From Chthonomonas sp. (GTDB lineage Bacteria > Armatimonadota > Chthonomonadetes > Chthonomonadales > Chthonomonadaceae), in NCBI RefSeq assembly GCF_035294165.1, contig NZ_DATGLN010000170.1, positions 4,227 to 68,226 of the forward strand: a stretch of 64,000 nucleotides of DNA. The letters run 5' to 3'. Numbering within the stretch: the stretch's first letter is position 1; every line of letters begins with the position of its first letter. Under the pieces are notes generated by a model, which made no database searches, was not told the DNA's origin, and saw only the letters and a program-made list of their open reading frames with translations. Below are positions 30,027 to 41,200 of the stretch, one piece after another. Position numbers and translations under genes: made by a program.

Positions 30027-33000
30027 ATGTCCAATCCGCAGATATCGCTCGATCGGGTTTTTAGGCGCCGCACTGCCGAGCGCGGTCAAACGCTTGTCAT
30101 CGCCCTGGCGGTGATGTTCTTCTTGCTGGTGATCGGCGGGCTTTTCGTGGCCCGCATCGCCCGCAACCTCGTTGTTGCCGGTAACAGCCGCGATTCGGCG
30201 GAGGCACGGCAACTCGCTCAAGCCGGCTTGGACTACTGCAATACCATGCTTAATAGTAGCCTGGAAGGGGCGGATTGGCGCCCCGACCCCACTCCCCCTA
30301 TCGGCCCTACCGACCCCGATTACTTCTGGCTGGTTCGCGGGTTTTCTCGTATTCCCATGAAGGGCGGACGCGCCCTGGTGCGTGTAGCCTACGATCCCAA
30401 CCCGAATAATCCGTTGGGCCAAGCTCTCACCATCGAATCGGTGGGGCGTCCCGGAGAACTCCCCAACCCACCAGGCAGTGACCCAACCGTTTTCGTCCCA
30501 AACGGCAACTCGCCAACCCTGCGCAGCGAGCTGGTGGCCTATAAAGAGATCGGGCTGACGGACTACGGGCTTTACATTACCGGTAAAGACCGACGTACCG
30601 TGCCCAACTACGTGGGAACGCCCTCCATTGGCGCCTACCCGGCCACCGTGTTGGGCAACCCTATGCTGGGCTTTGCTCCGTATGCCAATGGGGCGGCACA
30701 GGTGGGCAACCAACGGTTTTCCATTTTCGGCTTTCCCATCTACTGTAACGGCGATCTCACCTTGGGAGGGGATACCTATCTCTATGAAAGCCATCGTGGG
30801 GGCAACACCGGCGTGGTTCAAGAAGGGGTGTTTGTGAACGGCAAAATTCGTGTAGCCTCCAACCATCCACAAGCTTTTTACTCTACTCTAGATGACACGG
30901 CGCTTCCTGCCTATCTTAACGAGCCGATCAATCTGCCTCCTACCCTGTTATCCCCGAACAATAACGGTGGGGCAGTGATACCCTCCGACGGCATTACGGT
31001 TCAGCAGCAAAACCTTGCATTCAACACCTACGGCGGCGTCATTCGTGACGCAGCAGGCTCCAGTGATGCCAACGGCTTTACGCGCAGCGTTCCCCGTCTC
31101 GACCCACCTAGCCTCGATACCGATCTCTATAACAGCAGCGACCTTCGCTATCGAGTGTTGACGAAAAACTCCGGTTTTTGGGTGAAGCTACCCAACGGCA
31201 GCCAGTTCAACACGGGGCAATATGGGTTAGGCTCCAACATCTACATTGATAATCAGAGCGATCTGCAAAAAGAGACGAGCGTGCCCGGTGTGAACGGCGG
31301 CTATTCGCTAAGGGCGAACTGGATAGACCCCGGTGCTGTGCATAACTACTGGAATGGGCCGTTCTATGTTCCGCCTGGAGTGGAGGTAACGCTGCTGGGC
31401 AACGCTATTCGGCTGACTCGGCATGATGGGAAAGTGTTTTATAATCCGGATGGTTCTTCCGCCGGCAGCACCATCACCATTCCGCTTTGGGACTACGCCA
31501 GAAAGCAGATGGGCTTGCCGCCTCTGCCGCATGATGGAGATGACCCTGCGGCGCGTCAAGCTGCCGGCTTGCCCCCTGTTGGTGGCGACCCGAATGCCTA
31601 TGGGGTGAATCTCACCCTGTTTGCCGAGGGCAATATCATCGTTCATGGCGTCTATGGAGCCATCACGAACGTTCAGGATACGGCAGAGAGCGCTACGACG
31701 AGCAAGCTTGCGCGGGTTCATATCACTCTGGTCACCCGTGGTACGGCCTACATTGACGGCAGCGTGGTGGCCGGCGATGGCTATGTGGATTCGAATGGTG
31801 GCATTCATATGGAGCACGCCTCTACTTGTGCCATTCTCGCCGAGGACTACGTTTGTGTGAATACAACGCAGTTCATGCGCACCGTCTCGGCCAATGTCTT
31901 CAGCCGGGTGAACCCGGATTTGCCGATCTTCTCTACTCCGATCGGGGTAGGGAGCGAATCGTTGCCCTATTTGGACATGGAGTTTAACTGGGGAGTTAAT
32001 CCGTCTACCTATACCTCCAATGGGAACCCCGTGCCCATCTTTCTCATGATGCGCCACGCGGCAACCGGTCCGAATCCTGCCTTTTTCAACCTTCTGGTAA
32101 ACCCCGGCCTTACCAACAACCCTAACAACGCCCTCTATCTTTTCCCGTTCTTCTTGGGGTTTGGCAATAGTCCGTCGCCGACAGGTGCTTTGGGAATTCT
32201 TCCGCAGGTTCCGGGACTACCGCTAGATGATTCTTCTCTTCTACCGCGTTTCCAACAGATCGGACTGCTGATCAATGGCCCACGACCCAGCTATCCCGGC
32301 ATCTTTTCATCAAATAACTTCTTTGCTCCTCAAAACTACCCGCCGATCAACGCACCGGGATACGATAATCTCTTGCGCTTCCAGTTCGATCAGACGGCGC
32401 AACAGCTTTCCGGTTCGCCGATCAGCGGGAGCGACTATCAGTTAAGCGCGGCGATGATTACCCCGCTCGATGTGCGCATCGAGGCCCTGCTTTATGCCCA
32501 AAACCGCTCCTTCTTCGTGATACCGGGCTACGCCTTCAACCCGGATGCCAACGATTCTCGCTCGGCCTATCTGGCGCGCAACAATGTGCGTGTCTCTTAT
32601 AACGCGCAAGATGTCGCGGATGTGGCCAATTCAACGCCCTCGGCCGAACGCGCCTCGAAGGATGTGTTTCCCTTCTACGATGAGCCGCCCGACGTGCGCA
32701 TCACCATTTGGGGAGCGATAGCGGAGAACTATGCGGCCTCGGAGGGCGATCAGGCGGCCTGGATGCATCGCTGGGGCTATATCCCGCAATACTATGGCTC
32801 GACGGCCTACTACCAGAATACGGCGGCACGTGTTCAGGTGCCCGACGATCATCTCTTTAATAGGGATTTCGACGACCCGAACGCGCCCTTTGAGGGCTAC
32901 GATCCGGGACAGGATAATACCATAGACTATCGCACTCCGCTGGAACAGCAGAACGCCAACTACCTGCAAAACGTCACCGCCAACCCGGCTCTGGCCATTA

Positions 33001-33293
33001 CCAACGGCCTGCGCTACGAGTACGCACCGATCTTGGCCATGCCTTACTATCGCGCTACCGACCTTACTTTGGCCAACTCGGCGCTTCTGCGGCGACAGAG
33101 AGCTTTGCGGGTGAACATCATTCAAACGACGGGCGCCGACGGCACTGCCTATACATTCGTTCAGACCTTGCCGCCGATACCCGATCTGCCCGTATGCCCC
33201 AACTATCTTTATGCGGGTGAGAACTCGACAAAGATCGGGTCTGACCCGACGGATACCGATAACTTGGGCTACCTTACCGCTTTTGGAGGATAG
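30027..33293 (+). CDS. Oversized PilX/GspK-like minor pilin (1088 aa)
   Basis: RG|QTLVIALAVMFFLL (no E5, as in PilX), A..LAQAGLDY, TIESVGR. Confidence 0.78.
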   Translation: MSNPQISLDRVFRRRTAERGQTLVIALAVMFFLLVIGGLFVARIARNLVVAGNSRDSAEARQLAQAGLDYCNTMLNSSLEGADWRPDPTPPIGPTDPDYFWLVRGFSRIPMKGGRALVRVAYDPNPNNPLGQALTIESVGRPGELPNPPGSDPTVFVPNGNSPTLRSELVAYKEIGLTDYGLYITGKDRRTVPNYVGTPSIGAYPATVLGNPMLGFAPYANGAAQVGNQRFSIFGFPIYCNGDLTLGGDTYLYESHRGGNTGVVQEGVFVNGKIRVASNHPQAFYSTLDDTALPAYLNEPINLPPTLLSPNNNGGAVIPSDGITVQQQNLAFNTYGGVIRDAAGSSDANGFTRSVPRLDPPSLDTDLYNSSDLRYRVLTKNSGFWVKLPNGSQFNTGQYGLGSNIYIDNQSDLQKETSVPGVNGGYSLRANWIDPGAVHNYWNGPFYVPPGVEVTLLGNAIRLTRHDGKVFYNPDGSSAGSTITIPLWDYARKQMGLPPLPHDGDDPAARQAAGLPPVGGDPNAYGVNLTLFAEGNIIVHGVYGAITNVQDTAESATTSKLARVHITLVTRGTAYIDGSVVAGDGYVDSNGGIHMEHASTCAILAEDYVCVNTTQFMRTVSANVFSRVNPDLPIFSTPIGVGSESLPYLDMEFNWGVNPSTYTSNGNPVPIFLMMRHAATGPNPAFFNLLVNPGLTNNPNNALYLFPFFLGFGNSPSPTGALGILPQVPGLPLDDSSLLPRFQQIGLLINGPRPSYPGIFSSNNFFAPQNYPPINAPGYDNLLRFQFDQTAQQLSGSPISGSDYQLSAAMITPLDVRIEALLYAQNRSFFVIPGYAFNPDANDSRSAYLARNNVRVSYNAQDVADVANSTPSAERASKDVFPFYDEPPDVRITIWGAIAENYAASEGDQAAWMHRWGYIPQYYGSTAYYQNTAARVQVPDDHLFNRDFDDPNAPFEGYDPGQDNTIDYRTPLEQQNANYLQNVTANPALAITNGLRYEYAPILAMPYYRATDLTLANSALLRRQRALRVNIIQTTGADGTAYTFVQTLPPIPDLPVCPNYLYAGENSTKIGSDPTDTDNLGYLTAFGG

Positions 33294-36200
33294 GTGGTTG
33301 CCATGCGCACCGAAGAGGGCATTGTGCTCGATAAGGATAAACCGACTATGAGATGCAAGATATCTCCGCTACAACATGCTATGTGGATGGGGCCGGTTCT
33401 GGGGATATTAGGCCTTATCTTGTCTTGTCCTAAGGCGATCGCCGATGCCACACGCTACACCACACAAACCCGGCAGATCAAGGCTTGTGTGCTTGTCTCC
33501 AACGCGACTTCGCGGGTGGTGAACGGACAGGTCATTAAGAACGATCCGGTTCCTTATCTCTTCTATGCCCTTGATGCGCGTAGCGATTATAAACCGGCGG
33601 GTTGGCAGTTCGTCAACCCATTAGCCCCCTCCACGATTACTCAAGACATCTATAACCGCTGGTTGGCGCGGCAGATCAATCCCGACCCGGCCTTCCAAAA
33701 CGGCACCCCCCAGTCGCTTATCTTTCGTGTGGGAGCGTCGGTTAGCAAAAATATGGGCGCCTATTGGGAGGAAGACCTCGACACGATAAGCCAGCAGGCG
33801 CTCGACAGTTACGACATCGCGTTTCTCCCTCTGCAAGGTAGCCGATTGGGGTCGGGAACCATTCAATTCGATGAAAACGAGGTCGAGAAACTCCGCCAGT
33901 TCGTCGATTCGGGCGGCATCCTTTGGATAGAGAACGATGGAGCTACCGGCTTCACTTCGGACGGTGGCAACTTCCTGTTTCCGTTGCAACTGACCGCTGC
34001 AACCGACAGCCCTGGATTTAATATTTTGCAGCCCCTATCCACCCTCTTCAACGATCCCTATCCGCTCTCTGTTGCGGATACGGTCAACTTTGTGCATACG
34101 TTTAGTGGCAATATTTTCGCTGCCCTAGGTGGAGGGCTTGTAGACCCGCACACAATGGCACCGATATTGGGCGCTTCGGCTCCGTTTGTCTATGCGGGCA
34201 ACTATGGGGCAGGGCATATTCTGCTTTCCAGCGTTGGCATCGCGGCGGCAATCAATGCCGCTCTGGGTGCCCCAAATCCTACCAATGTTACCGGCAGCGC
34301 CAACGATGGGGCCGTTAGCGGTGATACCGTGATCGCCGCTCCCACCACACCGCTGAAGTTCGCCTACAACGTTGCCGCATGGACAGGGGCGATGCCGGCA
34401 GCGAACGCCAACTCCCATCGCGATTCGTCCACCCAAGAGATCATCGGGGCGAACTTGGAAACGGCCTGGTCTACCGTGCCCCTGAACAATCCTCCCAACC
34501 CAGGCTCCGGAGTGGCCATTGACCAAAACGTTGCCGCCTATGTAGACGGAAATAACGGACTTCATGTTTATAACCTGCATCCTGGACAAGCCTTAACGGG
34601 TTATTCCCTTTTTGCGGATAACGGCATTCCCGACTTCGTGTATGGCACCCCTTACGATGAGATATGGAACACCTTTTTGGGCGCAAACAGCCGCTACTCC
34701 ACACCTCTGTTGGCATCGGTGACAAACCCGGCCAACGGCCAAACAGTGGAAGTATGTGCAGTAACCAACTCTTTGGGGGTGACCGGTGTGTTTAACGCGC
34801 TGCCCGGTTTTCCCGGCCCTCTACAGTCCACATCGCCGTTGCTGTTTCAGGTCGGGCAGGCCGGGCAGGCCAACACGGCCATTGATGACACGGCCTCGCT
34901 GCTCGATCCGCTGCCGGTTCCCGGCCCTGCCTACGCCGGAGGGGTGCTGTTTGCACCGGTTTATGACAATGCCAACAACGATGCCGGCCATGCCTGGCAC
35001 GTGGTGGCCGTAGACCTGCTCGGCTCGATCTCCGCAGGACAGGTCGTCAACGCCTTTTCCAACAACGCCAATGGAGTGGCTCCTTCTGTGGCACCAAGCG
35101 CTTTGGCCAACGGATTGAGCGACCTGGTAGGGCCGCTGACGGTTGGATGGGTACCCGACCAGCAGACCGGGGCGGAAGATGAGGTGGTCTATGCTGCGGC
35201 ACAGGCCGAGCCGAACGGAACGCCGGCGTCACAAGGACAACTGGTAGGGCTTTGGTTCGCAACCAAAAATGAGCCTCTGCAGCCGGTAGACCAACCTCAG
35301 AACGGGCTTAATTATAAGTTTGAACCGCATGGAGCACGAGCCTGGGTGCCGTGGTACCTTACACCACCGAGCGGTGCCAACACGCTCGATTTAACACCGG
35401 TGGTGCACGTTACCGAGACTGATACGAACACCGGTAATGTGATAGATGTAAAGACCTATCATCTAAGCGACGGCGTTTTTACGGTGAGTTATAACGGACC
35501 TACGCCACCCGATGGAACCGGCTCGCCGAGTGGACATCAGATCATGGTGACCTTCAATCCCAACAACGGGATTTTGCTGAACGATACTCAGAACCATATC
35601 GTTCGCACGGTCAGTGTGGACTATACGCTTGATTGGCCGGGCGATGCAATTAACGGGTTAAGCCCAAGCCAACAAGATATGCAGCTTGTCGTGCAGCGGA
35701 GGACGTTTACGCTCTACCCGGAAAGCTCCGTCTCCTCTCCACACTATCTCATAGGTGGGGCTGTGCTTGATGACCAGGGGGCGGCCATCTTTGCTTCCTC
35801 ACCGCAAGGCCTTACGGACAAGGTGATGATATCGGGCAATCCGCTACCCGATCGTATCTACAGCGTTATCGGCCAATACTCGACGTTGAGCGGCCCCGCC
35901 TCCGGACAGGTGGTTAACTGGATGTTCTCCCCCATGTACGGCGGCACTTTCGACGGCAACACCATTCGCCCGAGGCTGGTCTATACCGATCCAACTACCA
36001 ATGCCCAGGCATCCATCGTGCAGTTTCGTGTGGTGGGGCAGCCCGCGCTTCTGAACGGTACGGTGTATGTGGTTGGAGTGGCTGCGGATGCCAATGGGGA
36101 TAAGTTCACTGCCATTCTCGCGCTCAACAGCCAGATCAACCCTGTGGTACCGTTGAACCCACCGATCCTGTACAAAACCTCAGCGACCGCCGCACCCGTT

Positions 36201-38273
36201 CAGTTGGAGGTGCAGCAGCCCGATTTTGTTAACTCCACCACCTCACCCGCCTATATCACATTGCCGGCCGGTACCGGCTACACGCTGGATACGCAGACGG
36301 ATGCGCAGACCGGGCAGGTTTTTGCCACGGCCATCCATATCCTGAATATGCGCCCGGTCAACGGCATTGATGCCTTTAACACGGCATTGCCCATCTTTAT
36401 CTCGTTGGGCAATACAGGGGTGCGTCAGGCAATTTATGGCAGTAACGGCTTCGGGCCGCTCGATAACTTGGCCTGGTACCTGCTTATTCCCAATTTCGGC
36501 ACTCAGGCCACTCCGCTTCCTGCTTCGGGGCCAACGGTTGCCGCGCAAACGCTCTACTACGGTACGGTAGATGGGCGCATCGCTGCCGTAGATTTGAACG
36601 CCGCTCAACAAGGCAAAATCAGCGTTCATGTCATCACCACGCTTACTGATCCGAGCACCGGAAGCCCGGTTGCCCAGGTTATGATCAATCCTCCGGCTGC
36701 GGCTCAGGGCATCGTGGCCGTGGGGTCGGGTGCCGGTATCGCCGCTTTAAACAACCAGTTGACGGTGATCGCCGATGCCAATCGTGTTTTGGAGGTAGAT
36801 GCCAGCGGGAGCGCCGTTTGGAGCCTCAACACCACGCAGGCGGTTTCCACAAACGGAAACACGGTCAGCGCTGTGAGAGTACCTTTCCGGCAACCCTCCT
36901 CTATCGGTACGTTCGGGCGGGGCAACTACGTGGTGGCCGATTCGGGCAACAATCGCGTCGTGGTATTCGACCCATCGGGCACCGTGTTGCAAGAGATAAC
37001 GACTTTTAACAATGACATCCAAGCGCTTCGCCCCGGAGAGCCGCTCGCCCTCAATCATCCCACCGATGCTCAAATCTATACCGATAGCCAAACCAACGGT
37101 ACCATTACCATCCTGAGCCGGCTCACAGGGGTTACCTACACCTACACCGGCCCCTACTATGCCGTTCACTACGTGATCGCCGATGCCGGAAACTATCGCG
37201 CTATTGAAGTGGTGGATGTGTTTAATCCCAATACGGGACAATACATCCAATTAACACCGAATAACTCGAACTATCCGGCGGTTACCATGTATCATCAGGT
37301 GATCTTTACCACCCGCTCGTTGGGGGAACAAAACGGCAGTTTTCGCTATCGAACTATACAGCAGTTTGTAGACCCAACCAATCCGAACCAGATTGACATG
37401 GTGGCGGCGGTGAGCGATGTGAGTTTACCAACGGTTTCCGGTGGACAGACGGTTGCGGATTCTTCGGATAACCAGGAGGGGCTGGGAGGCGCCTTAATGA
37501 TCTTGTCGCGCTACAACTATTTCGGTCCGAACGGGAATACCGATGGAAATGTGATCGCCTCCATCAGCCAGCTTAAACTCTATAATGCGCAGGGGCAGTT
37601 CGTCGCCTATGTGCCGGTGAGCAATCCGGTTTACTTCCATGCCTTTCCCTACACCGATCCGAAAACGGGTAATCGTACGATTCGCTATCTGCTCGCAGAT
37701 AATGCCGGGTGCTACGAGTTGGCGCCGGATGCCGATGGCAAAAACCTCGACATCGTTTGGCAGCTTACGGATGCAGATTATTACTATCTCACGGGGCGGC
37801 ATCTCCATGCCGTAAGCATTCAGCGCCTGTCGCAGGGCGATTATAGCTCTGTGTTGGGGCAGTTTGTGCCGCACTATCTCATTACCAATGCCTACACCGG
37901 CCCGGACAACGTGGTAGAGGCTTTTGGAAACTACCCAAACGTGCGGGATGGTGAGGTGCATGGAGAGGTCTTCGAGATACGTGGGATAGACTATTATACG
38001 ACGGCAACGGGGCCGAACGGTACCTATAACGGATATCAAAATGCAGGAAGGCTCTATGCTCCAGGCCCCGGACCGACACCTTTCCAAAATCAGACTCTGC
38101 TGCTTGGCAATCCGTTGAGTAGCATCGTGCGCATGGTGCCGCATGAGACCTTAATCCAGTCGGATGCGGTGGGGAATCTACTGCAACTGCCTATTTTGCG
38201 CAGCATAAGCTTTACAGGCAGCGCTGCTTCGAGCTTTACGTTACAAGATCCAAAAGCAAGTCTTCAGCCTTAG
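33294..38273 (+). CDS. Large secreted protein: DUF4159-like N-domain, beta-propeller (PQQ-like) and NHL-like repeats
   Basis: Signal peptide (likely start ATG 33348); F...E.EKLRQFVDSGGILWIEND; LYYGTVDGRIAAVDL; YVVADSGNNRVVVFD, YVIADAGNYR. Confidence 0.65.
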   Translation: MVAMRTEEGIVLDKDKPTMRCKISPLQHAMWMGPVLGILGLILSCPKAIADATRYTTQTRQIKACVLVSNATSRVVNGQVIKNDPVPYLFYALDARSDYKPAGWQFVNPLAPSTITQDIYNRWLARQINPDPAFQNGTPQSLIFRVGASVSKNMGAYWEEDLDTISQQALDSYDIAFLPLQGSRLGSGTIQFDENEVEKLRQFVDSGGILWIENDGATGFTSDGGNFLFPLQLTAATDSPGFNILQPLSTLFNDPYPLSVADTVNFVHTFSGNIFAALGGGLVDPHTMAPILGASAPFVYAGNYGAGHILLSSVGIAAAINAALGAPNPTNVTGSANDGAVSGDTVIAAPTTPLKFAYNVAAWTGAMPAANANSHRDSSTQEIIGANLETAWSTVPLNNPPNPGSGVAIDQNVAAYVDGNNGLHVYNLHPGQALTGYSLFADNGIPDFVYGTPYDEIWNTFLGANSRYSTPLLASVTNPANGQTVEVCAVTNSLGVTGVFNALPGFPGPLQSTSPLLFQVGQAGQANTAIDDTASLLDPLPVPGPAYAGGVLFAPVYDNANNDAGHAWHVVAVDLLGSISAGQVVNAFSNNANGVAPSVAPSALANGLSDLVGPLTVGWVPDQQTGAEDEVVYAAAQAEPNGTPASQGQLVGLWFATKNEPLQPVDQPQNGLNYKFEPHGARAWVPWYLTPPSGANTLDLTPVVHVTETDTNTGNVIDVKTYHLSDGVFTVSYNGPTPPDGTGSPSGHQIMVTFNPNNGILLNDTQNHIVRTVSVDYTLDWPGDAINGLSPSQQDMQLVVQRRTFTLYPESSVSSPHYLIGGAVLDDQGAAIFASSPQGLTDKVMISGNPLPDRIYSVIGQYSTLSGPASGQVVNWMFSPMYGGTFDGNTIRPRLVYTDPTTNAQASIVQFRVVGQPALLNGTVYVVGVAADANGDKFTAILALNSQINPVVPLNPPILYKTSATAAPVQLEVQQPDFVNSTTSPAYITLPAGTGYTLDTQTDAQTGQVFATAIHILNMRPVNGIDAFNTALPIFISLGNTGVRQAIYGSNGFGPLDNLAWYLLIPNFGTQATPLPASGPTVAAQTLYYGTVDGRIAAVDLNAAQQGKISVHVITTLTDPSTGSPVAQVMINPPAAAQGIVAVGSGAGIAALNNQLTVIADANRVLEVDASGSAVWSLNTTQAVSTNGNTVSAVRVPFRQPSSIGTFGRGNYVVADSGNNRVVVFDPSGTVLQEITTFNNDIQALRPGEPLALNHPTDAQIYTDSQTNGTITILSRLTGVTYTYTGPYYAVHYVIADAGNYRAIEVVDVFNPNTGQYIQLTPNNSNYPAVTMYHQVIFTTRSLGEQNGSFRYRTIQQFVDPTNPNQIDMVAAVSDVSLPTVSGGQTVADSSDNQEGLGGALMILSRYNYFGPNGNTDGNVIASISQLKLYNAQGQFVAYVPVSNPVYFHAFPYTDPKTGNRTIRYLLADNAGCYELAPDADGKNLDIVWQLTDADYYYLTGRHLHAVSIQRLSQGDYSSVLGQFVPHYLITNAYTGPDNVVEAFGNYPNVRDGEVHGEVFEIRGIDYYTTATGPNGTYNGYQNAGRLYAPGPGPTPFQNQTLLLGNPLSSIVRMVPHETLIQSDAVGNLLQLPILRSISFTGSAASSFTLQDPKASLQP

Positions 38274-38280
38274 GAAAAAG

Positions 38281-41200
38281 ATGAGGGAACGAGAGATGAG
38301 GCACAAGAGTGCGCTCTCCTTTGGGATAATATCACTGTGCGGGTTGCTCCTCGCTTTGGCGGCGATGGGGGCACACGCTCAGTTCGCCTTTACCAACGAC
38401 GACTGGACGTTAGACCGTGGTGCGCTAACGCTGGATGCCAATAACAATGGGCTTGCGTTGCGCCAAGGCTATAACAACTTCACCGACCTCGCCAACCAGC
38501 CTTTTCATGGCCTTCCACGGTGGGTATGGCCTACCGGCGTAGACCTGCTCGGCGCACAGAACGGTGGTTCAAACCAAACCTCTGGCGTCTCCGCTCTCAA
38601 TCCCATCATCGTGGATAACCCTCCTGGATTTCCAGGAAATAAGGAGATTTTTGATCCTAACGTCACCCAGAACGCCCTTTCGGTGTGGAATACGAACGTT
38701 TTTACCGTTCCTCCCATAGCGCAGCGGGTGCCGCAGGCCGGCTTCTCTTTTGGAACCGACCCCACCGACCCCAACAACTTCGACTACGGCATCGCCACGC
38801 CGCAGCCGGTTACCATTACCTATACCGGCTCGAACGGCAGCACGGTGACGGCAACAACAGACCAGCTAACCCAGCTGCCCTATGTTCCTCCTCAGCTATA
38901 CGCTGCGGTGAACAACGCGCTCAATAATGCCCAGCCGGTAGCCCAATGGACTATGGGGAACCCCATACTCCCCACTGCCCTACAAGGGGTTACCCTGAAC
39001 TACACCGTGTCCATCTGGTCTCCAGGAGATGGGACTTTAGATGCCAACGACGTTCCTCATCCCGATCTCAAGCACGCTTTTGTGCGGGTAAGCTGGTTTC
39101 ACACGGTTAACGGCAATACCATCAACAACACCGGCACTCCGGGCGGAGGCGGAGTTTACGATGTGGTTAACAGCCGTATCTACATGATAGACCTTTCCGG
39201 CGGGCCGGGCTGGCGCGTTATCGGCCCCTATGCGGCTTCTAGTACTACATCGGTGACACCTGCCGTCTTTCCTTATAACAGCAACGACCCTACCAGCCAG
39301 ATCGTGGTGACCCTTTACGTGCTCACCCCGGATAATCCCAACGATACCTCCCTCTATCTTCATCCGCCCTACGTCACCGCCGACGCTGTGGAGTTTGTGC
39401 CGCTTGGCATCGCCAACACAGGGAATAATGGCGGCGCCATTGCGCAGTCACCTCTAGGCCCCATCAGCGCTCAAGGCCGTATTCTTGCTCCGGTGGTTGG
39501 TAGCAACAAAGTGGTTACAAACCCCAACGATCCGGAGTTTGGAAAAACCGTTTACTACGTGGCACGTGAAGAGGCAATTGCGAACACACCACCTACGTCA
39601 CCGGTAGACCCAACACAGACGCCCCTAACGCCTGGCAACGATGCTTACACCACTTTCACCGTACCGGTATTCTACTGTCTCAACAATGAAGACGGCATTC
39701 AGATTGTAAACGGCCAGCCCCAAGAGCTGCCCTCTAAAACCCGTGTGCGCTGGCGCTATGTGGCGCTACCGGATGCGGGGACGGGTACCTGCACGGCCTC
39801 ACCTCTGCTTGCCAATGTGCGCTGCCGTGATGGCAAGGTTCGCCCGATGGTCTACTTTGTGACCACTGCAGCCGGCGGAGCTTTGGGGCATATCTACGCC
39901 CTGGACCCGGTTGGAAATAACCCCTTCGGCCCAGACCCCGGCGATCTGTCCACTCGTACCACAACGGCCTATTGGGTCTATCCGTCGGTGCGACCCCTGT
40001 TAGGAACGGCAAATGAGCCACCCAATGCGCCGGCTCAGTGGGAAGACCCCAACTTCAGCCTTCCGGCAAATACGGGGGCTTATAGCCGTACCGGCTATCC
40101 GGCCTTCAGTTTCGGGCCGGATCAGCCCACCGATTCGGGCGGCCACCTCATCTACGATGGAGATATTATTCCCAATCCCAACACGACGGCGGCGGCCACG
40201 ACCCCCTACATCGTGCGTAACGATACACTTCTCACCATGACGGGAATGACTTGGACGCCCACGCTAGTAGACGACCCCGATAACCCGAATGGGCCCCAAC
40301 TGTTGATCGTAACCGCACAAGGATCGGATAGTGGGCATGGGCGTGTCTATGCCTTCGACGCCGGGGGGCGTGGAGATTTCGGCACGATTAACGTGAATAA
40401 TCAGCAGTTGGCCGTTGCAGGAACGACCCAGCGCATCTGGACATGGCCACGCTTCGGCGCCGATACCTTCCATAGGGTGAATACACCGAGCGCCACCGGC
40501 GGATTTAACATGGCCGACAACTTTAGCGATGAGCCGCAAATCGGGTTCCTTGCTGGGTCCCCTATGTACGACCCGAACTATGCCGGAGGAACTGCCGAGA
40601 AGCCTCTGGTCGTGGGCGCTTCCGATGGCCATGTCTACGCCATCCTCGCTCATCACGACACGGTTCCCAACGTGAACGGCACTCAGGTGACTTACGATAA
40701 TACAAAGCGGCTCTACTGGACCTATCCTTCTACGGCCGGCCCTGGGTTGGGGGCAGCACCCAGCACCGTTGCCTTCTACCAACCAACAGGCTCCAATAAT
40801 CGCTATCTGGTGTTCACCTGCGACACTCCTGATGGGGGTGGACGGGTCTATGCACTACCCGAAGCGACGCCCAACGGACAGACCGTGCCCTTTACAAATC
40901 AATTAACGTGGGTCTTTCCGCCAACGCCCGATCCACCGAATCCAGACCCCAATAACCCCAATGGAACGGCACCGTTTGTGCCCGGTTTCGGGGGCAATGC
41001 GCCCGTTCCGGTCAACAGCGGTCTGCTTCCACAGGGAACTTTGCCTTCCGACGTGATCTATGTGGTGCAGAGCGACGGGACGGTAGACGGCATACAGGTG
41101 GACGGCAATGGCTTGAATCCAAAGCTCTACGCCACGAATATCCCTCAATCGGGCTTCGTCTTTTCATCGCCGATCATAGCCCAACTCCAGGCCGATCCAT

